Shown: positions 30,121-39,891, counted from the stretch's first letter. The stretch: DNA of 64,000 bases from an uncultured bacterium (GCA_903937035.1 CAIZXS010000009.1:11141-75140); one strand, 5' to 3'. Made by a program: numbers and translations. Notes: generated by a model from the letters alone, not told the origin.

Positions 30121-30624
30121 TTACATTTGGAGTGCGGGGTCAAAAACTCCATATGCAATCATCTGATCAATCTGACGAATTTCTCCGTCATTACAGAGGA
30201 TGCGATATACTGCCGCGCTCTTTCCGTTGATGCCCAAGGCGATCATGAAAGGTCTGCCGGAACAAACCACAGTTTTATCTGCAAGCCCTGTGATAAACCT
30301 TTTTGCAGATACGGAGTTGTCGGCGAGGGAGGTGTACAGGGCGATATTGATATGGGTTCCATCGGACAGGATTACAATTTTTTCACCGTCAATGACTTCC
30401 ATGCTGTCGGGATCGCCAACAACGGAAGAATAACGACGGATTTCATTGTAATTCAGTGCTGTGGCCACATCAAGATGGCGTCCCCCGGTTCCAACAACCA
30501 AAACGGGTATTTTTACGGGAAGGAGGTGGCGGAGAGATGCGATTTCTTCAAATCCCTTGGGAGTCATGCGGGGATTTGGGCCATTAGTCTTATCACCATG
30601 AGTTACTACAAAAATTTCGTTCAT
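30121..30624 (-). CDS. Small degenerate histidine-phosphatase-fold protein
   Basis: IFVVTHGDK...MTPKG..., GTGGRHLDVA; own promoter at 30693-30721. Confidence 0.6.
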   Translation of the reverse strand: MNEIFVVTHGDKTNGPNPRMTPKGFEEIASLRHLLPVKIPVLVVGTGGRHLDVATALNYNEIRRYSSVVGDPDSMEVIDGEKIVILSDGTHINIALYTSLADNSVSAKRFITGLADKTVVCSGRPFMIALGINGKSAAVYRILCNDGEIRQIDQMIAYGVFDPALQM

Positions 30625-30692
30625 TCTCGGGTCCTTTCATAATTGCTATTGGTTTGTAAAATGTACTTCCAAGCTTTTTATTTTAACTGCTA

Positions 30693-30721
30693 ATTATATA
30701 TCAAATTCAGCTAATTGTCAA
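30693..30721 (-). promoter_or_regulatory. sigma70 promoter
   Basis: TTGACA-17-TATAAT on the minus strand. Confidence 0.75.
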
Positions 30722-30756
30722 GCCGTCGCTTAGCTAGAGCTGATTTGAGCCTCAAT

Positions 30757-33700
30757 ATGCTTACAAAAAACTTCCAACAACTATCCAAATCAGACGCTCA
30801 AATCGCCGGTGGCAAAGGTGCGTCACTTGGCGAAATGACAAACGCGGGAATTCCAGTTCCACCCGGCTTTGTCGTGCTTTCTGATGCTTTCGAACAGTTC
30901 CTTGCCGAAACGGATTTGAATGTGGAAATTGAGGCAATTCTCAAAACTGTGGATAATCAGAAAATGCATACGGTGGAAAATGCGTCAGAAGAAATTCAAG
31001 CGCTAATTCTCCAAGCTAAGATGCCGGAAGATATTGCAAAAGAGATTCAGGAAAACTTCAAAAAACTAGATGCCAAGTTTGTAGCCGTGAGATCAAGTGC
31101 CACCGCCGAAGATGGTGCAGAAGCGGCCTGGGCTGGGCAGCTAGACAGTTATCTCAATACGAACCAAGAAGCACTTCTCAGAAACGTCCAAAAATGTTGG
31201 GCGTCACTTTTCACGCCGAGAGCCATCTTTTATCGCTTTGAAAAAAAACTGCACAAGCAAAAAATATCCGTGGCAGTGGTCGTGCAAAAAATGATCCAAA
31301 GTGAAATTTCTGGCATCGCTTTTTCCGTTCATCCAGTCACCGAGGATTATAATCAAATGATTATCGAAGCTGGCTTTGGTTTGGGCGAAGCGATTGTTTC
31401 CGGGTCAATTACGCCGGATGCCTATGTGGTGAGCAAAAATCCGAGAAAAATAGAGGACATCAATATTTCCCAGCAGCCCAAGGGACTTTTTAGAAAAAAA
31501 GATGGCGGAAATGCCTGGCAAGATATTCCCGAGAAAGAAGGCAAAAAACAAAAACTATCAAAAAAACAAATCCTGGAATTGTCAGATCTAATCATAAAAA
31601 TCGAAGACCACTATCAATTCCCGGTGGACATTGAGTGGGCATATGAAAACAAGAAATTCTATATTGTGCAATCGAGACCGATTACGACGCTTATCAAAAA
31701 GTTGGGAGATATGCCAAAGAAAAATGTTGGCAGTGGAAGTGGAATCTTGGAGAATAATTTAGGCAAAAAGGATGGAAAAGTAATTGGGAAATTGTCGGAC
31801 TACCAACAAATGTTTAAATGGCAAAATTCTCTTCCTTATCTCGTAACGTCACTTTTTTTGACTTACTATAAAAAATTAGATGTTTTGATTCTGTCTGATC
31901 CTAAGTTGTGGGTAGCATATTTGCCTCTATCGAAAATGGAAAAAACTCACCAAGATGGGTTTAAGATTTATGGTGACAAAAAAAGATATGCAGAGTATAG
32001 GGATGACTTTAAGAAGTATATGGAAAATTCCGAGAAGTTCTTTAAGAATGTTATCCACAGTAAAGATTTGGACAAAAGCCAGACAAGAGAATTCTTGAAT
32101 AGGGTGGCAAAACTTTTTTCGTATTATTCAAAAGCAGAATTTTTTTATACTGAAAAGGCATACTTTGAGCAGGAGAATAACCTGGCTATCAAAGAAAATT
32201 TTGCAACTTTTGAGCAGCTAAAAATAGATGGTCGAAAATTTTTGAATAAAATATTTTTCGAAAAAGATACCTACTTGCTCCAACTAATGAATAGATTATC
32301 CGAAAAATTCAAAATTTCATCAGATTTTCTTCTGACATATAATCAACAAGAAATTCTCGATTTGTTTGAGGGGGGTATTGTGGATGAAAAAATAATTTTG
32401 CAAAGAAAAAGAGCGTATATTTCAAAAGGAAAAAAGGAGGGGATTGCTAGTTATCATGGAACGGAAGCGGAGAAAATGATTAAAGAATTTAATTCGGAGC
32501 AATCTGAAAGCGGAAATGTGTTGAAAGGGCAAGTTGCCAATAAGGGATATGCGAAAGGCGAAGCTCGAGTTTTTAAATTTGGCTTGAATGATTTTCATCT
32601 ATTGAAAGAAATGATTGATTCTATGAAAAAGGGAGAAATATTGGTAGCTGAAACTACGGCGCCTGAAATAATGGTAGCTTGCCAAAAAGCTAGCGCTATC
32701 GTGACTAATCAGGGAGGCATGATGAGTCATGCAGCGATTATTTCACGAGAAATCGGCATCCCGTGTATTGTGGGGACAAGTATTGCAACAGAGGTTATCC
32801 AAAATGGCGATTTGGTGGAAGTGGATGCTAATGAGGGAGTGGTGAGAATTTTAAGAAGAAACTCTGATGAAGAAAGTGGAATTGTTTTCAACAAAAAGTA
32901 TGAGCGTGTTTTTGGCGGACCGAATATGTCGTTTCTAATTTCGGATATTATTACGGATGTGTATGCCCCAAAATATGGATTCGTGACGATGTATAAAAAT
33001 TCCATTTGGACATGCTACATGCCCATTGAAGAAAAAAACAAAACTTTAGCAGAAGGAGCGGAGTTGTATGAGAATATGGAGAAGTATGAGGAATTTAGAA
33101 GTGAATATCTGAAATTTATTGATGCTTATGATAAACACTTTCGCGAAATATTTAATCCAAATAAAGTTATTACCAAAGAAATATTTGAAGCGCTTATTGA
33201 TCTATTTAAAAAAGCGGAGTCATATTATGCATATACGCAATATTTCTACACCGATGGGATTTCCCAAGCAAATAAAGAATTTGAAGTAGAATTTGGAGCT
33301 CTCAAAGAAAAGGGTCGAGAACTTTTGAATAGGCAATATTTTTCTGGCAATAATTACCTAAACGAAGTCCTTGAGGCAGTTTCTAAGATAATAGCTATTA
33401 AAAAAGATGAACTGTATAATTATGCCTGGCAGGATATTAGTTTGCTTTGGAATAGCAATAATGCCAAAAAAGACATTCGTAAATGGGAAACTTATGTCAC
33501 GTATCCAATAAATGGGTCCAAGAGCACTGCCTTTGAATCGGAAGCTTTGGAAATTATTGATCAATTTTTATCAAATCATAACGATCACCGTGAAATACTG
33601 AGTGGCACGGTTGCCAATAGGGGCAAAGTCGTGGGTAATGCTTATGTTCTTGATAAGGGCTATGATCACAGGGGTATCGGAAAATTTATTGATGAGATGG

Positions 33701-35241
33701 AAAAAGGCGCTATTCTTATCACTGAGACAACTTCGCCTGAGATCATGACTGCTTGCGAGAAAGCCAGCGCAATTGTGGCTAATCAAGGAGGACTGATGTC
33801 GCACGCCGCCATCGTTTCTCGGGAATTAGACATCCCTTGCATTGTCGGATTGGAGGGAGCGACTGAAATTATAAAGAATGGTGATTTGGTTGAAGTGGAT
33901 GCGGATAATGGAATCGTTAGGATTTTGGAAAAGGCGAAAAATGATGAATATTTCAAGTTCAAATTTCCGGCCTATCGGTATTTTATGGCAAATAGGCTGA
34001 TTCCTACTTTTAAATATGAAGGGGTCTATTTATGGGGGGAGATATTTGGCGAATATTCTTTCGATGGTATACACAGAACTTGCACTAATAAAAACGTTCT
34101 CCTTGAGCCGGGAAAAAAACTTTTTGCGCTACTGAAAAAAGGTGATCAAAAACTGGAAAAAGAACTTCTTGCGCTTGTGAATAAGATTATTCCATTGGCA
34201 AGAGATCTTCAAGAAATTATCTTGAGAGATAAGCTCACCGGTCATGTTTCCAATCTCAATGATTTTTTCCCCAATTACGAGAAAGTATTCAATAAAGCCT
34301 TGGCGTTCGGTTATCCTCTTGATTATGCTATTGATGAATATCTCAAGAAAGATGCTTCGCTCTCAGAAAATTTGCAATCCCCATACAGTTCTTTTTTGAT
34401 GGAGGAGGAATATGAATTGTATGAAATATTTTCAAAAAAATATAAAAAACCAGAACTAGGCAGGGCACTTGAGCGCCACCTGGCGAAATATGCTTGGATT
34501 AAATCTGATTATCAAGGAGAAAATGTGCTGACAATTGATGATTTATATGCAAAAGAAGCTCGGCTGATGGATACGAAACAGGAAAAAACCAAAAGTGTCG
34601 GTGGAAAAATTTCCGCTCCAAAAAATTTGCAGGAATGGATTTCTCTTCTGATATATTTGAGAGATGTGAGAAAAAAAGTAGGGATGATTGGTGTGGTTTT
34701 GCTAGACCGATATTTAAAGCAGGAATGTCAAAGATTGAAAAAAGATTATCTGAAAGCCAGACTGTTATCGGTGGCAGAGTTTGAGCAGTATAAAAATAAA
34801 AAACTTCCGGAATATCTGGACAAAAGAAATGAACGCATGTCTCCTGATGGCATAGAAATTATACCCAATGAAAAATGGCAAAAGTATCCCTTTAATCAAG
34901 AAGTGGTGGTGGACAAGGAAAAGCTTTTAACAGGAGTGGTTGCCAATAAAGGTAAGGTTAAGGGAATAGCAAGGATAATCATTGGAAAACACGATTTTCA
35001 TAAGATGGGAAAAGGAGAGATTATCGTTGCTTCAATGACTAGACCGGAATTTATGCCAATTCTCAGAAAAGCTTCTGCCATACTAACTGAGCAGGGTGGC
35101 ATCACTTGTCACGCAGCGATTATCTCAAGAGAGTTGGGTGTGCCTTGTATTATTGGTATCGAAAATCTGACAGCGGCATTGAAGGACGGAGATTTGGTGG
35201 AAGTAGACGCGGATAATGGGGTGGTTAGAATTTTGAAATAA
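30757..35241 (+). CDS. PEP-synthase-like ATP-grasp domain fused to three [variable domain + phospho-His swivel] modules
   Basis: GGKGASLGEM, VAVRSSATAED, VDIEWA, QSRPIT, then three GGxxxHAAIxSRE motifs (His codons 32728, 33802, 35110); no C-terminal TIM barrel. Confidence 0.9.
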   Translation: MLTKNFQQLSKSDAQIAGGKGASLGEMTNAGIPVPPGFVVLSDAFEQFLAETDLNVEIEAILKTVDNQKMHTVENASEEIQALILQAKMPEDIAKEIQENFKKLDAKFVAVRSSATAEDGAEAAWAGQLDSYLNTNQEALLRNVQKCWASLFTPRAIFYRFEKKLHKQKISVAVVVQKMIQSEISGIAFSVHPVTEDYNQMIIEAGFGLGEAIVSGSITPDAYVVSKNPRKIEDINISQQPKGLFRKKDGGNAWQDIPEKEGKKQKLSKKQILELSDLIIKIEDHYQFPVDIEWAYENKKFYIVQSRPITTLIKKLGDMPKKNVGSGSGILENNLGKKDGKVIGKLSDYQQMFKWQNSLPYLVTSLFLTYYKKLDVLILSDPKLWVAYLPLSKMEKTHQDGFKIYGDKKRYAEYRDDFKKYMENSEKFFKNVIHSKDLDKSQTREFLNRVAKLFSYYSKAEFFYTEKAYFEQENNLAIKENFATFEQLKIDGRKFLNKIFFEKDTYLLQLMNRLSEKFKISSDFLLTYNQQEILDLFEGGIVDEKIILQRKRAYISKGKKEGIASYHGTEAEKMIKEFNSEQSESGNVLKGQVANKGYAKGEARVFKFGLNDFHLLKEMIDSMKKGEILVAETTAPEIMVACQKASAIVTNQGGMMSHAAIISREIGIPCIVGTSIATEVIQNGDLVEVDANEGVVRILRRNSDEESGIVFNKKYERVFGGPNMSFLISDIITDVYAPKYGFVTMYKNSIWTCYMPIEEKNKTLAEGAELYENMEKYEEFRSEYLKFIDAYDKHFREIFNPNKVITKEIFEALIDLFKKAESYYAYTQYFYTDGISQANKEFEVEFGALKEKGRELLNRQYFSGNNYLNEVLEAVSKIIAIKKDELYNYAWQDISLLWNSNNAKKDIRKWETYVTYPINGSKSTAFESEALEIIDQFLSNHNDHREILSGTVANRGKVVGNAYVLDKGYDHRGIGKFIDEMEKGAILITETTSPEIMTACEKASAIVANQGGLMSHAAIVSRELDIPCIVGLEGATEIIKNGDLVEVDADNGIVRILEKAKNDEYFKFKFPAYRYFMANRLIPTFKYEGVYLWGEIFGEYSFDGIHRTCTNKNVLLEPGKKLFALLKKGDQKLEKELLALVNKIIPLARDLQEIILRDKLTGHVSNLNDFFPNYEKVFNKALAFGYPLDYAIDEYLKKDASLSENLQSPYSSFLMEEEYELYEIFSKKYKKPELGRALERHLAKYAWIKSDYQGENVLTIDDLYAKEARLMDTKQEKTKSVGGKISAPKNLQEWISLLIYLRDVRKKVGMIGVVLLDRYLKQECQRLKKDYLKARLLSVAEFEQYKNKKLPEYLDKRNERMSPDGIEIIPNEKWQKYPFNQEVVVDKEKLLTGVVANKGKVKGIARIIIGKHDFHKMGKGEIIVASMTRPEFMPILRKASAILTEQGGITCHAAIISRELGVPCIIGIENLTAALKDGDLVEVDADNGVVRILK

Positions 35242-35246
35242 AAAAA

Positions 35247-35277
35247 CAGCCCAATCTCTCGCAGGAGATTGGGCTGA
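35247..35277. terminator. Terminator between convergent genes
   Basis: CAGCCCAATCTC-loop-GAGATTGGGCTG preceded by an A run (U tract on the minus strand). Confidence 0.75.
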
Positions 35278-35288
35278 GGTTGTGGCGG

Positions 35289-35735
35289 TTATTTTTCAGA
35301 AAACCGGCGCGTTACCACCCTGTACATCTTGGCCATGACGTTTTCGGCAACTTCGTCATGGTCTCGCTGGTCGCTGGATGGCCAGGGGTTGGAGAGTTGA
35401 ATGTTAAAGATCTTTTCGGTTGGTACCTTATACTTCCCGAAAAGTTCTCCGGCTACCGTCTCATCCACGCAAACGATGAGTTCATATCGTGATAGATCAA
35501 GTGAGCCGACCCATCTTTTCTGGTGGCCAGAGAGATCAAGCCCTAACCGTTTGGCAGAAACTACGCCATTAGGACTGGCGGAGCCACCGTTCTTGGTGAA
35601 CTCCATCATTCCAGCGCTTTCTACCGTAACTTCATGGCCAGCGTTTTGGAGATACATCCCCAGAACGGCAGCCATAAGCGGGCTGCGATCGGAATTGCCA
35701 ATACATACACAAAGAACTTGTTTGATATTAAGCAC
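35289..35735 (-). CDS. Low-molecular-weight protein tyrosine/arginine phosphatase (ArsC/LMW-PTP fold)
   Basis: VCIGNSDRSPLM CX5R(S) loop, VESAG, LSNPW; GAGGTGA SD; promoter TTGACT-17-TATACT at 35805-35833. Confidence 0.85.
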   Translation of the reverse strand: MLNIKQVLCVCIGNSDRSPLMAAVLGMYLQNAGHEVTVESAGMMEFTKNGGSASPNGVVSAKRLGLDLSGHQKRWVGSLDLSRYELIVCVDETVAGELFGKYKVPTEKIFNIQLSNPWPSSDQRDHDEVAENVMAKMYRVVTRRFSEK

Positions 35736-35897
35736 TATTCACCTCACTGGTTGATTGTTTTGCCATTGTGGCACATGAAAACTACTTTCCTCGACTGACC
35801 CAATAGTATAGCATATCTAGCGTAAAAAGTCAAATGTCAGTTTGATTTTATGGTTTAAATGGGGTAGTATTGAGTAAGATTGGATAATTTTTGATGT

Positions 35898-37388
35898 ATG
35901 GAGAGGAAAAATAGCTATCAAAAAATGTGGGGAGCGCACGCGATGGGCGTTTTTTGGGGTGAGCTGGTGATGCGCAATTTTTCTAGGAAGAATAAATATA
36001 AAACGGTGGCCGGTATCAGCGAAAAAAACGCTGTTTTTTATTATCACAAAAGCGTGGGAACAGCATTTTATAATTCAGTTCCCGAAATGGACGTATCGGG
36101 CGCAATTGGTCGGGAAAGATTTTCTAATCAAAAAGAACTAAAGAAATATATTGAAAATTCCAAGGAGGCTATTGGAAAATCTGATGCATTGTATTTTGAC
36201 GTGTTAAAAGAAGACTTAGATAAAAAGAACGCTAGAGCGCTTTTCAACCTATTGGAAGCGCAAGCAGATTGTTTTAATGAGATATACAGCTACTATCATG
36301 CTTGTCAGCCACAATATTTTTCTGAAATAGAAAAAGATATAAAATTATATCTGGCTAAAAAAGGACTGAGTCGAGAGGCTAATTATTATATCGGCTTACT
36401 TTCTTCTCAGGAAGAATTGGATGTGATCGCCAAAGAGGAAGTTGAATGGCTGACTATTGCCAGGATGATGCAAGAAAAAAAGTTAGATAGGGCTTCATTG
36501 GTCGAAGCTAGCGAGATGGAAAATAAATTAAAAAGGCATATTGATAAATATATGTCTTTAGGTAGCGGGGAGGGAGGGCGACCATGGGATAAAAAGTATT
36601 ATTGGGGTATTTTTGAAAAAATTGATTTTGATATTAATAAGAAGATATCAGATATTAATGAAAGAAAAAAAGTCTTAATGCAAGAAAAAGAGGCATTTAT
36701 TCGGGAGAAAGAAATTTCCAATGAGGTCGTGGAACTTGCCAATGCCGTGGGAAAACTTGGCATGCTGCGATTGGAGATTCGTCTCAGTTGGATGCGGTTT
36801 AGTCACACTATTACCAACACGCTTTTAGCGCTGGGGAAAGAAATTAGTCTTGATAATATCTTGGAAATAAGGATGGATGAAATCAGGAACATAATAGAAA
36901 ATAACGATCATGCAGTGACGGAAGAAGAAATAAAAAGACGCCAGGAAGCCTTTTTGTTTTTAGTTGAAAATGAAGAGGAAAAATTATTCATTGGAAATGA
37001 AGCGATTAGTCTCAAGGAAAAGCTTGTGCCTTCCGAGATTTCAGACACTTTGGAGATAAAAGGATTTGTGGCTTGCAAGGGTATGGTTCGAGGGAAAGTT
37101 TTTATGATTGATTGGAATAATAAAAATCTGACTGAAGCGATGAGAAACATGGCGGAAGGAGCTATTCTAATAGCTGGACAAACCAGACCTCAGCTTATGC
37201 CAGTTATCAAAAAAGCGGCGGCGATTGTAACTGATGAAGGAGGGATTATGTGTCACGCTGCTATTGTTTCCCGTGAGCTCAACATTCCTTGCATCATCGG
37301 CACCAAAATCGCTACCCAAGTTCTCAAAGATGGTGATTTGGTGGAGGTTGACGCAAATGAGGGAATTGTTAGAATTATAAAGAATTAA
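35898..37388 (+). CDS. Variable N-domain + phospho-His swivel domain protein
   Basis: C-terminal TDEGGIMCHAAIVSRELNIPC...DGDLVEVDANEG. Confidence 0.88.
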   Translation: MERKNSYQKMWGAHAMGVFWGELVMRNFSRKNKYKTVAGISEKNAVFYYHKSVGTAFYNSVPEMDVSGAIGRERFSNQKELKKYIENSKEAIGKSDALYFDVLKEDLDKKNARALFNLLEAQADCFNEIYSYYHACQPQYFSEIEKDIKLYLAKKGLSREANYYIGLLSSQEELDVIAKEEVEWLTIARMMQEKKLDRASLVEASEMENKLKRHIDKYMSLGSGEGGRPWDKKYYWGIFEKIDFDINKKISDINERKKVLMQEKEAFIREKEISNEVVELANAVGKLGMLRLEIRLSWMRFSHTITNTLLALGKEISLDNILEIRMDEIRNIIENNDHAVTEEEIKRRQEAFLFLVENEEEKLFIGNEAISLKEKLVPSEISDTLEIKGFVACKGMVRGKVFMIDWNNKNLTEAMRNMAEGAILIAGQTRPQLMPVIKKAAAIVTDEGGIMCHAAIVSRELNIPCIIGTKIATQVLKDGDLVEVDANEGIVRIIKN

Positions 37389-37412
37389 AAATAATTAATT
37401 AATAAAAAAAAT

Positions 37413-38258
37413 ATGGAACAAAACGAATCAAGTATGTTTATGACTCGGCACACGATAAAGCCCAAAGGCGAGGATCTTAAATCGGAAAGATATCCTGGCG
37501 CGTCTGAGCGTGGCGTAGATTTGGCAAAAGAGAGAGCGAAGGAAGAGATCTTGAGTTTGATTGAAAAGGCAAAACCAGGAACAGTGGTGATTATTAGCGG
37601 TGCGTCTGAAGTGGACAGAACAAAATCAGCCGGAGAAATATATGGGGATGAGCTCCAGGAGTTACTCAAGGATAATCCGGGCTATCTGGTTGTCACAAGA
37701 AGCGAAGTTCAAGACATGTTGAGTCAAAAAGATGGCAAGGCACTTGATAAATTAGCAGAAATTGTTAGAAGTAATCCTGATAAAAAGATTGTTATTGATT
37801 TTCCATTATTCTTGAAAGAATTTGGTTTCGGTGCTGGGAGGTGGACAGAAAAAGATGGAAATCTTACAAAATATTTTCAAGCATTGTTAGAAAAACACAA
37901 TAATGATGAAATGGCATGCGTCAAGGATTGGATTGAAAATGAAGGACGCATTGATGGGTCGTCTTTGCAAGGACCGAATCCAGCTGAGATGGCAAAAGAG
38001 CACATCGAGGGACTAAAAAGAATTAATGATTTTGCTCGAAAACTGATTGGAGGGAGTCGGCCAATTATGGTGGGCGGTGTAGGGCATAGTGTGAATTTGG
38101 ATGCTACCGCAATATATTTGTCCAATAATGGTCAAGTAACAATGGAGGGATTTGAAAAACTAGGTGGGGAGTTGATAAAAGAAACCGAACTGATGCAGTT
38201 AGAGACAAAAGATGGAAAGACCATCTTCAATTACAGAGGCAAGGAATTTATTGTTTAG
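37413..38258 (+). CDS. Histidine-phosphatase-superfamily protein
   Basis: FMTRHT, SEVDRTKSAG, VGGVGHS; distant paralog of 27693-28526. Confidence 0.65.
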   Translation: MEQNESSMFMTRHTIKPKGEDLKSERYPGASERGVDLAKERAKEEILSLIEKAKPGTVVIISGASEVDRTKSAGEIYGDELQELLKDNPGYLVVTRSEVQDMLSQKDGKALDKLAEIVRSNPDKKIVIDFPLFLKEFGFGAGRWTEKDGNLTKYFQALLEKHNNDEMACVKDWIENEGRIDGSSLQGPNPAEMAKEHIEGLKRINDFARKLIGGSRPIMVGGVGHSVNLDATAIYLSNNGQVTMEGFEKLGGELIKETELMQLETKDGKTIFNYRGKEFIV

Positions 38259-38276
38259 TCTGCTAATTAGTAAATC

Positions 38277-39722
38277 ATGGATATGACTTGGAAAATTTAT
38301 ACACGAGGAACAATTTTCCCTCACTCATTCTCACTTTCCTTTAAAGCGCATCAGCTGTCAGAAAAGCTGATTGGCTTTAATTTTCTAGCTTTCTTCTATA
38401 TTAATATTGAAGATAAATTGTGGTGGGCATGGAAAGAAGACGATGTTCTTTTCCTAGGCGCTTCAATCCTCAAAAGATGTGAGACGAAGAGGGGGCAAGA
38501 AAGGGATTTTAAGAAATTTGATGAATTTTGCAAAAGAGCGCTAAAAGCGGCGGATAAAGTAAGAAGGATGGATCTGGGAAAATTTAGTGACAGAGAGTTG
38601 CTCGGACTGTACGATTATATTTACAAAGAATCTGCCAACGCGCATGGTCTCATGAATCCCTATATCGACGTAATTGATGTTGTTTTTGAAGATTTTTTGA
38701 TGGAAAAAATTAAGACTGAATTGAAAGCTGCAACAGAAGCTGAGGCGCTGAATGTTTACAAAGAGCTAACTGTCCCAAGCTGTTTGACGTATTTGATTAG
38801 AGAAGAAGAGGATATTATTCGAGGTATTATTAGTGGAAAATCAGTTGGGGAAATAGCTAAAACTATTTTTAAGAAATATTGGTGGATAAGTCTTGGGTGG
38901 GAAAATATGCATCCCCATAGCGAGCAGTATTTTGCGAAAAAAATTACAAAACATTTCAAGCTCAAAAATTTAGCTGAACGCTTGGGGAAAATAAAAAGCT
39001 ATGGTCGGGAGATAAAAAACAAAAGAAAAATAATAATCAAGCAATATGGGTTGTCAAAAAATATTGCGTATTGGCTGGATGTCTTGGACGAGCTGGCCTA
39101 TTATCATGATGTGAGAAAAGAGATGCAAATGAGAACTGTTTATGCGTCGCATCAGGTGCTGGAGGAGATTAGTAAGAGGATTGGTATTCCAGTGAAAAAT
39201 CTATTGTGGTTTTGGGAAGATGAGGTGAAAGAATTTTTGTTAAACAAATCGTTTGACAGGGAGGAACTAGAAAATAGAAAAAAAGCCTTTTTTAGTGTAG
39301 TGTATAAGGGTAGCACTTCTTGGTTATCAGGAGAGAAGGCTCTCAGTGAAAGCAAGAAGTATATTGGCCTAGAAAATGGGAAACATGATTTGGTAAGGGA
39401 ATTTAGGGGTTTTGCCGCATCCAAGGGGATGGTGAGGTCAAAAGTGAAAGTGTGCGCGGGATATGTAGAAGCTTTAAAGAAGGTAAAAAAAGGTGAAATT
39501 TTAGTGTGTGGAATGACTACACCTGACTATGTTCCTGCTATGCGAAAAGCTTCTGCTATAATAACAGATGAGGGTGGTATTACTTGCCATGCTGCGATTA
39601 TCAGTAGGGAGCTGGGCATTCCCTGTGTCGTGGGAACAAAAGTCGCTACTCAAGTTTTACATGATGGTGATTTGGTCGAGGTTGATGCGAATGTGGGAAT
39701 TATTAGAATTTTAAATAACTAA
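38277..39722 (+). CDS. Variable N-domain + phospho-His swivel domain protein
   Basis: C-terminal MTTPDYVPAM...TDEGGITCHAAIISRELG. Confidence 0.88.
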   Translation: MDMTWKIYTRGTIFPHSFSLSFKAHQLSEKLIGFNFLAFFYINIEDKLWWAWKEDDVLFLGASILKRCETKRGQERDFKKFDEFCKRALKAADKVRRMDLGKFSDRELLGLYDYIYKESANAHGLMNPYIDVIDVVFEDFLMEKIKTELKAATEAEALNVYKELTVPSCLTYLIREEEDIIRGIISGKSVGEIAKTIFKKYWWISLGWENMHPHSEQYFAKKITKHFKLKNLAERLGKIKSYGREIKNKRKIIIKQYGLSKNIAYWLDVLDELAYYHDVRKEMQMRTVYASHQVLEEISKRIGIPVKNLLWFWEDEVKEFLLNKSFDREELENRKKAFFSVVYKGSTSWLSGEKALSESKKYIGLENGKHDLVREFRGFAASKGMVRSKVKVCAGYVEALKKVKKGEILVCGMTTPDYVPAMRKASAIITDEGGITCHAAIISRELGIPCVVGTKVATQVLHDGDLVEVDANVGIIRILNN

Positions 39723-39733
39723 AGTATTAGAGG

Positions 39734-39872
39734 ACTTACGCGTTTGCCAAAAGCAAGCTTTTCCATAGCCAAGATTGGTTTAAAACCCTAGTGATTTTAG
39801 GGGCTAAAATAAACAAAAACAAGCTCTGAGACACCACGCGTTTTAAAGATTGTTTTTGGTAAAGGCGTAAGT
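39734..39872 (+). mobile_element. MITE-like element, family C copy 2
   Basis: TIRs ACTTACGCGTTTGCCAAAAGCAAGCTTT / ...TTTTTGGTAAAGGCGTAAGT; lies at the island-murG junction. Confidence 0.8.
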
Positions 39873-39891
39873 TATATACTAGATAAATTTT

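Noticed and set aside
30109-30642. 177-aa plus-strand ORF
   Set aside because: Antisense shadow of 30121-30624(-), which has a promoter, an SD-like site and a recognisable motif
30757-35241. Calling this gene ppsA (PEP synthase)
   Set aside because: It lacks the C-terminal PEP/pyruvate-binding TIM barrel
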